Shown: positions 10,774-21,878 of the stretch, in pieces | How the letters are laid out: each line of letters starts with the position of its first letter | Position numbering within the stretch: position 1 is the stretch's first letter | IMG/VR virus record: IMGVR_UViG_3300010157_000065 | Location: 1-63,533 of that record | DNA: 63,533 nt | Reading direction: 5' to 3' (one strand) | Source: a virus | Taxonomy: Duplodnaviria; Caudoviricetes | Program-made: the position numbers and the translations under genes | The notes under the pieces: model-generated | What the model saw: the letters and a program-made list of their open reading frames with translations, nothing else | The model's database searches: none | What the model was told of the DNA's origin: nothing

Positions 10774-10781
10774 CAAAGGTA
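10774..10781 (-). promoter_or_regulatory. -7 promoter element (TACCTTTG) for scaffold/MCP
   Basis: TAnnTTTG in the intergenic gap. Confidence 0.65.
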
Positions 10782-10793
10782 TATAAATTATTT

Positions 10794-13217
10794 TTATTCA
10801 ACTTTAAACAAGTCATCCATACCACCTAGACTATCTTCCTCATTAAAATCTATAGGACTTAAATCTTGTTGTCTTTGATTTATCATCTTACTTTGCTGAG
10901 TAGCTTGTAGTTTAGTTCTGGTATCTTTCCTATCCTCTTTATCCATATCTTTTTTATGAATTAAATCCATCTCAGCTTGTTTTACTTGACCTTGAAAACC
11001 TTGTTGTAACTTGATAAGTTCTGATTTATATTGAAACTCCATCTGCATTTTTTCCATATCCATTTGATGTTTCATTTGTTCTAATTGTGCATCACCTTGA
11101 GAAGTTGCTTGTATAACTTGAAGTTTACCTTGAGATGTAGCTTGAGCAAGTTGAGCTTGACTTTGAGCCTGGCTTTGCATTGTCTTAGCTTGTAACTCTT
11201 GGTCTCTTTCCTCTTTACGTTTCTTCTTAACTTTTAGTAACTGAGATGCTATTTTAATATTCTTCACATTACGAATATCTATTGCATCATCTATATCAAT
11301 TTTACCTGCTGCTAATGCTGCTTGAATGTTTTGATTTAACAACTGAGTTTCTTCTTCGTCTGGCATTAAATTAATGTATATACCAAAGTTGTACAAGTGT
11401 AGGTCTTTAATTTTATTAATTACATCTATACTTCCTCCTCCAATCATTAATGCAAAATCATCACGCATATCAGAGTACTCAAGAAGGTCTGACATTCTAT
11501 AACATATACATTCAGCAATCCTTCTAGTCATAAATAAACCACTTTGAAGAATATGTCTTGTAGCTGTGTTAGAGTTTAAAGCTGCTAGTTTTTGAAGACC
11601 TACTAAACTATTCTCATCTGGCATACTTCCATCACGAGCCTCATTAAGACCTGTGCTTTGACGAATCATATCTAGGTAGTGATTATACATACCAAGAAGA
11701 CTTTGTAGCTTAGCGTTAGCTCCTGAAGCTGTAAGCTCTTGAATTGGCATACGAGCATTATTAAACTCTCCATCTTCTGTGTAACTTCTTCCTACAACTG
11801 ACCCTGTTTGAAAATATAAATTTAATGCTTGTTCTGGACTATATGTTTGACCATTTCCTAAATTCACACCATTTAATCCATCTATATCTAAGAATACACC
11901 ATCAGGTTTCATTCCAGAGATAACTTGCTGTAGCTTTAAGTGTGTAAGTTGTATTTGGTCTGCAAAAGGAATCATTCTTTTAACTAATGAATCTATTGCT
12001 CCTCTGTACATTCTTGGAGCTGACATAACGTATGGAGGGTAAACTTTAGATATAGCAGATTTAGGTCTAACCATATTTTTCATTACCTCCCACTTTAGCA
12101 AGTAATTTGTACCCATAACCAATATTCCCTCAAACCAAACATCTATTCTTTTAGATATTTTTTCAAATTGAGCATCATCAGTTTTAGGTCCTTGAAAGCT
12201 ATCATCTCTCTCAATTACTTTATCTCCACCGTTAGCATTTCTTTTTTTCTTATAAACTACATTCAAATCACTTTTGTATGAGAAGAACAATAGTGTTGCT
12301 GAATTGTTTCTAATGTTTCCTCCTAATATTGTACCTCCTTGAATGTTTTGGTAAGCATCCCATTTAGAAGCTAACTTAGAAATTTCTTTAATCTCTTCTT
12401 GAGTTAAATTAGGATTTAATTTTTTTAGCTCTGTAATAGGCACATTTTTAACCTCTCCAAAATAATAACAATCTTGAAAAGTAGGGTCTTCAGTTGGACT
12501 AAATACCATATTTGCAGGATCGCAATATTCTATTCTAACTCCATTGTGTGTATCAAAAGAATGTCTAACTGCTGAAACACCTAATATAACTTGGTCTTCA
12601 TCTGTTCTTCTTTTAATTAAATCGTAGTTATTTATATTTAAAACATTCTCAATAGCTTTTTCCTCAGCAATCTCAATCTCATCCTTGTAGAACTCCATGT
12701 GCAAATCAAGCTCTTGCTTGTTCTGTGGCATTTCTTCTTCAGGAATTGGATACATATCAATACCTAATAAATTCTTAGCATCTTTCAATAGAGGAGCAGC
12801 TACCATAGCTTTCTCTACCTCTGTCTTATATCTATTCTTTTTATCTGAAGATATGTTATCTACTGCCTCTGCTTTAACTTCATATTGCCTAGTAGACATT
12901 CCATTAACAACTATATCAACAAACTTAGGTATAATTGGAAGTGGTGTCCAATCTAAATTAAGGTAAGAAATATCTCCATTAACAGACATCTCTTTCTTAT
13001 ATTTTTGAACTGATTGTTCTCCTCTTGCGTATAATCGCAATTTATGGAAGTGGTCTCTTGTAGTATAAAACCTTGAACCGTTTAATGATGTTTTTCTGAA
13101 CCATTCCGCTGTAATTGCTTGCCCCACGCTCCTACCATAATCCTCACTTTTCTTTATCTCATCAGTAGCTAGTTGATCAGGAAAATATATGTTAGGCATA
13201 GTTAAATCTTGATTCAT
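10794..13217 (-). CDS. Portal protein
   Basis: 807 aa; LDWTPLPIIPKFVDIVVNG, TGLNEARDGS; long Gln-rich C-terminal coiled coil (barrel); follows terL. Confidence 0.85.
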   Translation of the reverse strand: MNQDLTMPNIYFPDQLATDEIKKSEDYGRSVGQAITAEWFRKTSLNGSRFYTTRDHFHKLRLYARGEQSVQKYKKEMSVNGDISYLNLDWTPLPIIPKFVDIVVNGMSTRQYEVKAEAVDNISSDKKNRYKTEVEKAMVAAPLLKDAKNLLGIDMYPIPEEEMPQNKQELDLHMEFYKDEIEIAEEKAIENVLNINNYDLIKRRTDEDQVILGVSAVRHSFDTHNGVRIEYCDPANMVFSPTEDPTFQDCYYFGEVKNVPITELKKLNPNLTQEEIKEISKLASKWDAYQNIQGGTILGGNIRNNSATLLFFSYKSDLNVVYKKKRNANGGDKVIERDDSFQGPKTDDAQFEKISKRIDVWFEGILVMGTNYLLKWEVMKNMVRPKSAISKVYPPYVMSAPRMYRGAIDSLVKRMIPFADQIQLTHLKLQQVISGMKPDGVFLDIDGLNGVNLGNGQTYSPEQALNLYFQTGSVVGRSYTEDGEFNNARMPIQELTASGANAKLQSLLGMYNHYLDMIRQSTGLNEARDGSMPDENSLVGLQKLAALNSNTATRHILQSGLFMTRRIAECICYRMSDLLEYSDMRDDFALMIGGGSIDVINKIKDLHLYNFGIYINLMPDEEETQLLNQNIQAALAAGKIDIDDAIDIRNVKNIKIASQLLKVKKKRKEERDQELQAKTMQSQAQSQAQLAQATSQGKLQVIQATSQGDAQLEQMKHQMDMEKMQMEFQYKSELIKLQQGFQGQVKQAEMDLIHKKDMDKEDRKDTRTKLQATQQSKMINQRQQDLSPIDFNEEDSLGGMDDLFKVE

Positions 13218-13229
13218 ATATGTTTTTCT

Positions 13230-15497
13230 TTATTTTAGTAATTCGCTGTGCATTCCTTTATTAGAATATCTTGCAAAATTAAACATTATTTCGGTATTAT
13301 TTCGTATGGGTTTTGTAACGTATGTTTGATTAGCCATAATAGCAAGACCACTACTGATGGTTGCATCAAATTTTGTACGGTTAGCAATATCAAAATTAGC
13401 CCAATCTAAAAGAGTTCTATTAAAATACATATTACCAACACTACCTTCTTCTCTAAACTCGCCACTATAATCTACTCCTACATATTGATTTATATATGCC
13501 TCAATAGCATTTGCTTGTAACTCAATAGTTTGCGTAGATGATGGAATCCCTCCTAATTCTTTTTCTGAGGAAGACAAATCATTCTTATGTTTGTCTGGTC
13601 TATTCAAAGAGAAACCACGATACCCTCTATTGGAAAAATACTTTAACTGACCTACTTTGTTATTCTCAATTAAAATTGGCATACCATAAAACACACAAGC
13701 CATTAAACAATTCTCATAAAACTCCTCTGAAGTTCTTGGTCTTGCAATGTATTCTAAAAAAAAATGATTACTAGGTGCGTCATCCATATTAAATTTTGTT
13801 AGTCCGTGAAAAGAACCTTTAGATCCTCCTCCTCCAACTACACCTGATATGTCATAAGTATCACAACCAAAGCTCCCAACGTGTGCGTTACCTGCATATT
13901 TCCTCCCATTTTTTATCTCTATGTTATTACGCATTCCAGGCTTAGGTAGCCAAGTGGTTTTAAAATCTCCATCATTACAAGGTGTCCATATAACCTCTGT
14001 ATCTTTTATACCATTCTTCCAAGAAAACTTACCTGTTGTAATTACTCTTGAGTGTTCTAAACCATCATTATAATCTATCTGTTCGTATATCTTTGAAAGG
14101 TCAAACAAACTATTCTTAGCTTCATCACGAAATGCGTGTCCTTCTGTTCTAGGATTTTGTCTGTAAAACTCATTTAACGCATCAGAATCTTTTTTTAAAC
14201 TCTCTACGCTATTCTCAAAATAATCTAATACTCCATCAAGAATATAACCTCCTTGAATATCTTTAATAGGTTTCTCAGGAGTTCTAAATACAGGGAAACC
14301 ATAAATATCAATGTACCCCTCAAAGTTCCACTCCATAGGTATGAATAAAGCATAAAGACCACTCATAGTCCTTCCGTTCTTATCTCTCTTGGTTACATCA
14401 CTATTGTAGTATAATTTTTTAAAGTTATCACCTCCATTTGCTTGAGAATTACAAGTACTTCCCATCATACACTTCCCTATAAGTTTACGACCAACTCTTA
14501 AACAAGTTTGTGTTACTTTCCAGTTATTTGAAATGTTATTTGGTCTTAACCATTTCCCACTTTCATCGTGCACAAGTAGTTTTAATTTTTCCCCATCATA
14601 AGAGTTATCTCCTGTGTTAGCCCAGTCAATAGAAGTATCTAATCCTTCCATCTCATCTTGAGCATCAGACATATTATTCTTTGTGATTTTAGACGCTGGA
14701 ACACGGTAAGATATTTCTGTTTTAGGTTTATCCATACCATCCATAATCGGTTTAAAGAAAAAAGGGTAATTACTTGAGATTGGAACTACTTTATCAGTAA
14801 ACATTTTCTTAGCATCACCTCCTGTTTTAGAAAGGATACCAAGCCTACTATCTTTAGATATTGTAGCTACATTTACAAGTTCAGAACTACCCATAAAAGA
14901 AAATCCAGAACGTCTATTCTTTAAGTAACAAATACCAAAACTCCTATCATCTGCTTTACAAGCCTCCCAAAATATCCAATAAATTCTATTGCTCTCTCTA
15001 AATTCAGGAAGACCAATATCAATCTTTGTCCATTGAAGGTACATATAGTGAGAACCTGTAATGTAAGAGGGTTTTCCATTATTCATAAAAAACATTCCTT
15101 CATCTCTCTTATTAAATTCTTCTTCTATGTAATCTACCCATTTACCTTTAAATTCTTTAGGCATACTATTCCATTGAAAGATAGTCTTGATTTTTGATAG
15201 TTCTTTAGGGTATTCATCAGCTTCCCAATATTGCTCTTCAGGTTTTTTGTCTCTAATTTTTACTTTATTTGGGACAGAAGGTAATGCAACTTTAAGACCT
15301 TGTATGTTATATATCTCTCCTATAGTTCCATCTTTGGATATTACAACTACATCAAACTCTTGATTATATCCATATTCCCACCCCTTCTTTTTATTTCTTT
15401 TATCTATTTCTTTTTGAGGAATTAAATCTATTACAGTGTAAAGACTACTTTCCTTTGTTGCTTCGTTTTTCAGCAAAGCTTTCAAATTTTGGCTCAT
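13230..15497 (-). CDS. terL: Terminase large subunit
   Basis: Walker A-like LKNRRSGFS, Walker B LLVHDESGK, nuclease FGCDTYD and FDATISSG; start uncertain because of the terS overlap. Confidence 0.9.
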   Translation of the reverse strand: MSQNLKALLKNEATKESSLYTVIDLIPQKEIDKRNKKKGWEYGYNQEFDVVVISKDGTIGEIYNIQGLKVALPSVPNKVKIRDKKPEEQYWEADEYPKELSKIKTIFQWNSMPKEFKGKWVDYIEEEFNKRDEGMFFMNNGKPSYITGSHYMYLQWTKIDIGLPEFRESNRIYWIFWEACKADDRSFGICYLKNRRSGFSFMGSSELVNVATISKDSRLGILSKTGGDAKKMFTDKVVPISSNYPFFFKPIMDGMDKPKTEISYRVPASKITKNNMSDAQDEMEGLDTSIDWANTGDNSYDGEKLKLLVHDESGKWLRPNNISNNWKVTQTCLRVGRKLIGKCMMGSTCNSQANGGDNFKKLYYNSDVTKRDKNGRTMSGLYALFIPMEWNFEGYIDIYGFPVFRTPEKPIKDIQGGYILDGVLDYFENSVESLKKDSDALNEFYRQNPRTEGHAFRDEAKNSLFDLSKIYEQIDYNDGLEHSRVITTGKFSWKNGIKDTEVIWTPCNDGDFKTTWLPKPGMRNNIEIKNGRKYAGNAHVGSFGCDTYDISGVVGGGGSKGSFHGLTKFNMDDAPSNHFFLEYIARPRTSEEFYENCLMACVFYGMPILIENNKVGQLKYFSNRGYRGFSLNRPDKHKNDLSSSEKELGGIPSSTQTIELQANAIEAYINQYVGVDYSGEFREEGSVGNMYFNRTLLDWANFDIANRTKFDATISSGLAIMANQTYVTKPIRNNTEIMFNFARYSNKGMHSELLK

Positions 15498-15738
15498 CTT
15501 TAGTTGAATTAGGATTATCTTCAAGAATGTCTTGTTCTCTTTGTATCTTATCTAAAATATAAAAAGCATCATCAAGAGCTGTTTTCTTTGCAAGTACAGC
15601 ATTACGCATTTTGTCAGCTGTTATATCTACATCGTCATTGTCGGATATAATTTCATCAGCAAGAACTTTTATAAGTTCTGTAACAGATTTATAAGCAGCT
15701 TGAATAATCTGCTCTTTTAATTCTTTATGATTATACAT
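15445..15738 (-). CDS. terS: Probable terminase small subunit
   Basis: 97-aa helical protein immediately upstream of terL, ends FAEKRS. Confidence 0.55.
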   Translation of the reverse strand: MYNHKELKEQIIQAAYKSVTELIKVLADEIISDNDDVDITADKMRNAVLAKKTALDDAFYILDKIQREQDILEDNPNSTKDEPKFESFAEKRSNKGK

Positions 15739-16314
15739 TTAATTTAATTTAATTACTATATCATTGTCTGTCATTCTATATAGCTTCTCATCATCTATCT
15801 CGAAAGCATACTCACTATTCTTTTTAAAACCGACTATATCTCCAGGTTTAAAACCTAACGCTATTAAAGCAGGACATCCATATATCAATTCTCCAGAATG
15901 TTTCTCTTCTTTTTCTGTGTCGTAAAGCATTTCTCCTTGTTTGTTTTCTATTGGTCTCACGAAACAATAATTTAAGTTTGAAGACCATTCACTGCCCTCC
16001 TCATCTTTTCTTTTTAAATATATTCTTTCAGGACTAACCACATAATCACCATCTCTAAAATACTCTGGACTTTGCGTTTGTCTTCCCTTCATGTCGTAGT
16101 AAGTTCTAAATACATTGTGGTGTAACACTACTATATCTCCAACCTCAATATTTCCTTGATAATTTATAGGAAGTTCTTTTACTTTACCAAACCTATTAAC
16201 GTGTTTTGATGATTCTAAAGAAGTGTTTACTGTAAACTGTAAACCATCAACTATTTTAAAATTGTTGTATTTTTCCCCATAAGGAGAAATTATAAAATTG
16301 TATGGACTCCTCAT
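15739..16314 (-). CDS. GroES-like (tandem Cpn10-fold) protein
   Basis: Two GroES-like units: FIISP...IEVGDIVVL and FVRPI...FKPGDIVGF...EIDDEKLYRMTDNDI. Confidence 0.6.
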   Translation of the reverse strand: MRSPYNFIISPYGEKYNNFKIVDGLQFTVNTSLESSKHVNRFGKVKELPINYQGNIEVGDIVVLHHNVFRTYYDMKGRQTQSPEYFRDGDYVVSPERIYLKRKDEEGSEWSSNLNYCFVRPIENKQGEMLYDTEKEEKHSGELIYGCPALIALGFKPGDIVGFKKNSEYAFEIDDEKLYRMTDNDIVIKLN

Positions 16315-16541
16315 TAGTAATTTATATTAAATTCAACAAGGATTGGTAGGTTTTTATTTGGATTTTTCCATACCACTATTTCTTTACTCGCATTCTCTAT
16401 CCATACATAGTATCCATCACCAATATCTGTAATAGCGTGTATGACATTAGACCCTCCTAATACTTCTTGTCCAACTATATAGTGCATTGAGTTTTTATAA
16501 TCAAGACCAATAGTTATCTTTCTTATTTCATTTTTATTCAT
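16314..16541 (-). CDS. Hypothetical protein
   Basis: 75 aa, IRKITIGxDYKNSMHY; first gene after promoter 16568-16575. Confidence 0.7.
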   Translation of the reverse strand: MNKNEIRKITIGLDYKNSMHYIVGQEVLGGSNVIHAITDIGDGYYVWIENASKEIVVWKNPNKNLPILVEFNINY

Positions 16542-16567
16542 TTTATTTTATTTTATTTAATTCCTTG

Positions 16568-16575
16568 CAAATTTA
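16568..16575 (-). promoter_or_regulatory. -7 promoter element (TAAATTTG) for packaging operon
   Basis: TAnnTTTG in the intergenic gap. Confidence 0.6.
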
Positions 16576-16586
16576 TGCTTTTTATA

Positions 16587-16856
16587 TTAAACAAAACTTT
16601 TTACTAAAATAATTTCTTTTTCTTCTTCAATAGGAATATTGTTTTTAAATAACTCTTTAAAATCAATTTTTTTATTTAACCAAGTCTTTAAAATGTCAGT
16701 TGTTATCAATTCAAAATCAATAAAACTACTCTCTATAGGGTTTTCAAGTTCTAAAGTTCCAGAAGTATCTCCACAAATCCACTCAATAGATTTTATTACA
16801 TTGGTTAATCCTTCAAATAGCTCAACATAATAAACATTTAATATTTTTAATTCCAT
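16587..16856 (-). CDS. Probable tail-fibre assembly/chaperone protein
   Basis: Directly after the tail fibre; FIDFELITxDILKTWL motif. Confidence 0.5.
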   Translation of the reverse strand: MELKILNVYYVELFEGLTNVIKSIEWICGDTSGTLELENPIESSFIDFELITTDILKTWLNKKIDFKELFKNNIPIEEEKEIILVKSFV

Positions 16857-16860
16857 AATT

Positions 16861-19791
16861 TTAGTTATTTGCTATTATTATCCAGTTTGCTCCTGTAGAT
16901 ACAACATTTATATATTTATTCAATGTAGCACCTAAAGCTACTGTTGTAAGTCCATCTATGGTTTGAGAAGATGTAGTTGCTACTGTTACAAGTGATGCTC
17001 CAGTATTTTTTATTATATAATTTTTTCCAGCACATCCAACAGCTGTTGGTAATGTTGCAGTAACTACTCCAGTTGTTACATGAATCAAATAATCAGATGT
17101 TTTTATTGAATAACTACTTGTAATTGCTAAATAAGGTAACACAACACTACCTGATACAATTTCTATTCCTCTAAAATCTTGAGCAGATGTTAAAGTAGGA
17201 TTTATATATAAACCTCTTGTTATACCTGTGGCGACTCCTGCTGTTTGATTTATTATATTTGCAAGTGTTATACCATTGTAAGTTGCTAATCCAGTTGTAG
17301 GGTTAAAAGTTTCAATAGTTTTAAATACACCACATTCATTACTTGTAGCTGTTCTTGATCCTGTAACGCTACTTGCGAATATACCATAACCTTGCTCAGT
17401 TGTAAGATTATGAAATAATCCTATTGCTTTTCCACTTGTTGAAGTTCCTGATGTTATTCCTCCTGATAGACCTATTGTTGGAGAATATACTGGAAGCCCA
17501 AATGCAATAAAACCATCCTTTGAAATTGAAAATTTAGGTGTTCCAGAAACTTGAAATTGAAAAGGTACTGCATTATATAAACTTGCGGTATTTGTAACAT
17601 TTATTTTTAATGTAATAGGATTTCCTGAAGCGTTGTTCCAAGTTTGTTGCAAATCTAACAAAGAACCTTGTAATCCTGTTCCTGCTAAAGTGGTATCTAT
17701 TAATGTTACTTTACTTGTTGTAGAAATTCCTCCTACTCCAAGAGTTGTTCCATTATCTTGAATTAAACTATCTCCTAAAGTAGAAGTTCCTGTTGCTTTA
17801 GGTATATATCCTGATGTTAATGATAATGTTGCTTGTTTGCCATTTAATTGTGTTTGTATACTACTTGTTGCACCTTTTAGCCAAGTTAATTCAGAGAGTG
17901 AAGGATATGTTGCAGTATCTAATGATTGAATGTTTTTGCTTGCATCTAAAGCTAATATTTGAGATGCAGTTAATGAATTTAATATTGGTGCTGTAGAAAA
18001 TGTTTTAGCTCCTGCTATTGTTTGACTACCTGTCGTTATTACTCCTCTTGCTGTAGCAGAAGCATCTGGAAGATTAAATTTATGGTCAGTTCCTGAATCA
18101 ACTATTGCAAAGTCATTTCCAGTAGTTCCTGTAGTTAATGTTTGAGTAGCTCCTGTTAAAGAATTTATGGCTGTTAATCCTGTACCTGCCATTATACCAC
18201 TTTGTTGTGTAACTGTTAATATAACTGATGGTATTATTGGATGAGCAAATGGAGAAGTTTGTGCTGCCTCATATAACAATCTAACGTGTGTATCTGGTGT
18301 ACTCCACATTAATTGATAATAATACCCACCAACTACATTTAATACATAATTCCAAGAAGCTATTGTTTGTGAAGCAGTTGCGCCACCAGTCATTACTATT
18401 TTACCACCACTTCCTGGAACATCTACTCCGTTTTCTCTTAACCATATATCAATAGAATCAGTACCACTATTTGTTCTATCAAATTGTGCTGAAAACTGAA
18501 TATTATAAACTCCTGTATTAGCAATAGTAATTCTTGTTAAATTACTGCCATCACTTACAACTGTTACTCCGTTGTTTAAATCAGTCATACCAAACTTTAT
18601 TGCATAAGGTGTATTTATAGCAGCAGCAGTTTGTATAGTTCTATCTTCAAATGCTCCATAATAACCTGTTGGTGTAGGAGTTGCTGTATTAGTTAATATT
18701 CCACCTGATAGCGTAAGACCTGAACCAATAGTTATTTGTTCCATTACTCCTGTACCAGCCGTACTTCTACCTATCAACTTGTTAGTTGCCATAGATGTAG
18801 ATATTACAGGTGTAGTTCCTCCACTTGAAGTTATAGGACTTGTTGCTGTAACACTTGTAACGGCTGTAGTTAAATATGTATTGCTATCTAAACTACCATC
18901 AGCTTTAACAAATTGAGAGGATGTTCCTGATATATAGGATATAGTTCCTGAAGTTGATTTTACTATTCCACTTCCTGATAAAGGAGCTTGATAATTTGTG
19001 GATACTGATATTGTTCCATCTGATGCTATTGAAACTCCATCTCCTTTTTTAACACCTCCTAATACTGATGATGTTGCTACAGGTAAAGTGTATGCACTTC
19101 CTGTACTTAAATAAGTAGCATCTGCATATCCTTTGTCTATAAGAGTTCTTGCATCAAAAGTGCCTGATAAATCTGTTTTATATTTAAACAATGTTGTACC
19201 TAAGATAATGCCATCTTGCTGTATTCTAAGTCTTTCGTATGGAGACAACCCATTTGGTTGATTTGTTGCAAAAACAATATCAGGTCTTCCTTCACTATTT
19301 GATATAAAATATATACCTGCTCTAACATTACCAGCGTTATAATCTTGACTTTGTATTCCTGATACTGATCCTTCAACTGGATAATTGTCAGGTGTTGGGT
19401 TTGGTATAAAATTTATTATAGCAGGATTTTCTGAATTATTACAACCATATTTAGTAGAATTTCTTCCAAATATATTTAATCCAGCATTTGTGTTTGTTGC
19501 ACTTGTTCCAAATAATAAAACTTTTCCAGAGTTGTTATTATAAATATCGTCAGCTACTTTAGTCCAATCAGTTATAAATGTTTTTTCTACTAAATCTCCA
19601 TCTCCAATTCCTGTTTTATACCAATATTCTTTTCCTGCAATATTTACAGTAAGTCCTCTATGCCTTACAGAAGATAATATTGAAGTGTTAGCTTCACTAA
19701 CAGTTGCATAAGGAGATAATCCATTAAAATATTTATCGTCAAGAGGTTTTTGTTGTCCAACTCTTATACTGTCTGTTAAATTAATTGCCAT
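16861..19791 (-). CDS. Tail fibre protein, 976 aa
   Basis: Thr/Ser/Gly-rich; LPVATSSVLGGVK and QTIAGAKTF fibre repeats; C-terminal TLPTAVG...TIDG...VSTGANWII module. Confidence 0.8.
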   Translation of the reverse strand: MAINLTDSIRVGQQKPLDDKYFNGLSPYATVSEANTSILSSVRHRGLTVNIAGKEYWYKTGIGDGDLVEKTFITDWTKVADDIYNNNSGKVLLFGTSATNTNAGLNIFGRNSTKYGCNNSENPAIINFIPNPTPDNYPVEGSVSGIQSQDYNAGNVRAGIYFISNSEGRPDIVFATNQPNGLSPYERLRIQQDGIILGTTLFKYKTDLSGTFDARTLIDKGYADATYLSTGSAYTLPVATSSVLGGVKKGDGVSIASDGTISVSTNYQAPLSGSGIVKSTSGTISYISGTSSQFVKADGSLDSNTYLTTAVTSVTATSPITSSGGTTPVISTSMATNKLIGRSTAGTGVMEQITIGSGLTLSGGILTNTATPTPTGYYGAFEDRTIQTAAAINTPYAIKFGMTDLNNGVTVVSDGSNLTRITIANTGVYNIQFSAQFDRTNSGTDSIDIWLRENGVDVPGSGGKIVMTGGATASQTIASWNYVLNVVGGYYYQLMWSTPDTHVRLLYEAAQTSPFAHPIIPSVILTVTQQSGIMAGTGLTAINSLTGATQTLTTGTTGNDFAIVDSGTDHKFNLPDASATARGVITTGSQTIAGAKTFSTAPILNSLTASQILALDASKNIQSLDTATYPSLSELTWLKGATSSIQTQLNGKQATLSLTSGYIPKATGTSTLGDSLIQDNGTTLGVGGISTTSKVTLIDTTLAGTGLQGSLLDLQQTWNNASGNPITLKINVTNTASLYNAVPFQFQVSGTPKFSISKDGFIAFGLPVYSPTIGLSGGITSGTSTSGKAIGLFHNLTTEQGYGIFASSVTGSRTATSNECGVFKTIETFNPTTGLATYNGITLANIINQTAGVATGITRGLYINPTLTSAQDFRGIEIVSGSVVLPYLAITSSYSIKTSDYLIHVTTGVVTATLPTAVGCAGKNYIIKNTGASLVTVATTSSQTIDGLTTVALGATLNKYINVVSTGANWIIIANN

Positions 19792-19794
19792 TTT

Positions 19795-21402
19795 TTATGA
19801 ATTTCTTAATTGTATATTAGTTGATTCTGTTATTAATCCTGGACTAACGTGTATTTTGTAATTTACATTTGACCATAAACTAGTTGTACAAGCTAAAATT
19901 GTAGCAGAGCCAAATACTCCTCCAGGAATACTACCATTACTTAAAGCTGTTACATACCATACTGTTTTAGTTGTTGATGTACTTGGATATGCTACAGCTA
20001 AATATTGTCCAGTAGCAGCAAAAGGAATACTAATTGTACCTGTTGAATCACTCACAACTTTATTTGCTGTTCCTGAGTTAATTGCAGATTGCATATTTGC
20101 AGCAGTAATTGGTGATGATGATTTATACCAAAAATATGGATATATACCTTGCACTGTTGTTGATTGCGTTGTTGAAGTTGCTCCTGCTAAAGGAATATCA
20201 AAATTCCCTCCTTTACTATTTAATGGTTGAATACCTGTTGCGTAAGTAACAGTTGCATTAAATGTATTGCCAGTTTCTAAAAGCGTAGGTGTTATTGATT
20301 TTGTATTGCTACCTTGTGCAACTCCATCAAATGAATAACTTGACGCAGTGCCAGCTCTATATCCTTGAGTAACTGTAGGTTGCCAAATGCCAGATACTAT
20401 GTTTCCTAATATGTTGCCTTGATTAAAATTAAATGTTAATGTAATAGCTGATGAACTTCCAATTTCTCTGACACCTGCATTATTAGTCAATGAAAAACTT
20501 GGAGGAGTTAAAGTAGGATTAAAAGTTTTAGTTAGTAAGTCTTCTACAAATGTTTGTAAAGTAGTTCCAATAGGTATTACTTGTTGGGCTGCTACACCAC
20601 CAACTTCGACATCCGCAGTTACAGCAGCTGTTGTTACAGAGGGAACAGGAGAAGTTATTGTTGACCATGAATAAGAAACATCGTTTAATGTAATTGCGTC
20701 AAGGTCTATTGTTAAATTATGACTTGAATCAAAATTATCAATAATTTTTATTGTTGGAAATTCGTCTTTGTTTAAATATAATTGTCTATTATTTACAAAA
20801 TTTGTTGATTGTATAAACGCTGTACCAGTACCACGATAATTAGATATGCCATTTCCACTATTAACTACACTTTGTAAAGTAGGAATTGAAGATGAAGAAG
20901 GAGAAGAATAAAGAGATATTAAATAATCTTTATCTTCTAATATACTTCCATTTCCTTGAATAAATTCTAAATCAACAACAAAAAAATTATTATCAGGAAT
21001 ATAAGGAGTGATATTTGTTATTTTGTAAACACCAAATTCATTTATATTCTCACCTCTTGAAAGTATTATTTTATCACCATTTATGAAGTTTAAATATTGA
21101 GAAATAGAATTTCCTTTTAAACTTTTATTACTCATTAAAAATGTAGAGATAGAAGAAAATAAAACTGAAGGTCCTCTTTCTGTAACAAAAGATATAGTTC
21201 CATCACTTCTTTGTTCTCCTATGTTTAATGTTTGATAAGTAAATTTTAAAAATGGAGAGTCTATAACTTGAGAATGATTATAATATTCAGCTAAAGAAGT
21301 AGGTGTAAAATTTTTTGTTTCGTTATTATTATTAGAGTCAGTTCCTATCCACTTATCAGTAGCAGTTACATTGGTATCTTTAATATAATTATTTATCCTC
21401 AT
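19795..21402 (-). CDS. Tail fibre/spike-associated structural protein
   Basis: N-terminal anchor MRINNY..D...DKWIGTD shared with 23805..24473; beta-rich C-terminus. Confidence 0.65.
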   Translation of the reverse strand: MRINNYIKDTNVTATDKWIGTDSNNNNETKNFTPTSLAEYYNHSQVIDSPFLKFTYQTLNIGEQRSDGTISFVTERGPSVLFSSISTFLMSNKSLKGNSISQYLNFINGDKIILSRGENINEFGVYKITNITPYIPDNNFFVVDLEFIQGNGSILEDKDYLISLYSSPSSSSIPTLQSVVNSGNGISNYRGTGTAFIQSTNFVNNRQLYLNKDEFPTIKIIDNFDSSHNLTIDLDAITLNDVSYSWSTITSPVPSVTTAAVTADVEVGGVAAQQVIPIGTTLQTFVEDLLTKTFNPTLTPPSFSLTNNAGVREIGSSSAITLTFNFNQGNILGNIVSGIWQPTVTQGYRAGTASSYSFDGVAQGSNTKSITPTLLETGNTFNATVTYATGIQPLNSKGGNFDIPLAGATSTTQSTTVQGIYPYFWYKSSSPITAANMQSAINSGTANKVVSDSTGTISIPFAATGQYLAVAYPSTSTTKTVWYVTALSNGSIPGGVFGSATILACTTSLWSNVNYKIHVSPGLITESTNIQLRNS

Positions 21403-21878
21403 TTAATGTATTTTTTATATAAAACATAACCTACAATAATTAAAACAAGTATCCACCAATAAGACAAAATACTTTCTATTCTCTCAGATTTTTTTATAGA
21501 TGTTTTTTTTGAAGAATCTTTCCTTTCTTTTTTTGCAAATACAATATGTTTTTGATTGATTTCAGACACTTTTTCTATCTTGTCTATAGCAATATTGTTC
21601 TTGTGTTTTTTAATCCTTAAAATAGCATTTTTTACAGTGTCTCCTTTATAGATAAATGGTTTTGTTTTATCTATAGGGGATATTTCTATTTCAGAACCTT
21701 CAGAACTATCAATTACTTTTGTTTCTATATTGGTATTTTTAATTGCTTTAGAAGAATCTACTTTTTTTATTTCAACAACTTCTTTTTTTATTTCTTCAAC
21801 TTCTGTTTTATGTACTTTTCTTGAACCACAAGATATAAGACTTACACATAAAATTACTGCAAACATTATTTTTTTCAT
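21399..21878 (-). CDS. Lipoprotein, spanin-like
   Basis: Lipobox LISC-G, coiled coil and C-terminal TM helix; adjacent to endolysin. Confidence 0.65.
   Translation of the reverse strand: MKKIMFAVILCVSLISCGSRKVHKTEVEEIKKEVVEIKKVDSSKAIKNTNIETKVIDSSEGSEIEISPIDKTKPFIYKGDTVKNAILRIKKHKNNIAIDKIEKVSEINQKHIVFAKKERKDSSKKTSIKKSERIESILSYWWILVLIIVGYVLYKKYIK

Noticed and set aside
16861-21402. Diversity-generating retroelement or invertible tail-fibre cassette
   Set aside because: No reverse transcriptase, template/variable repeat pair or invertase seen
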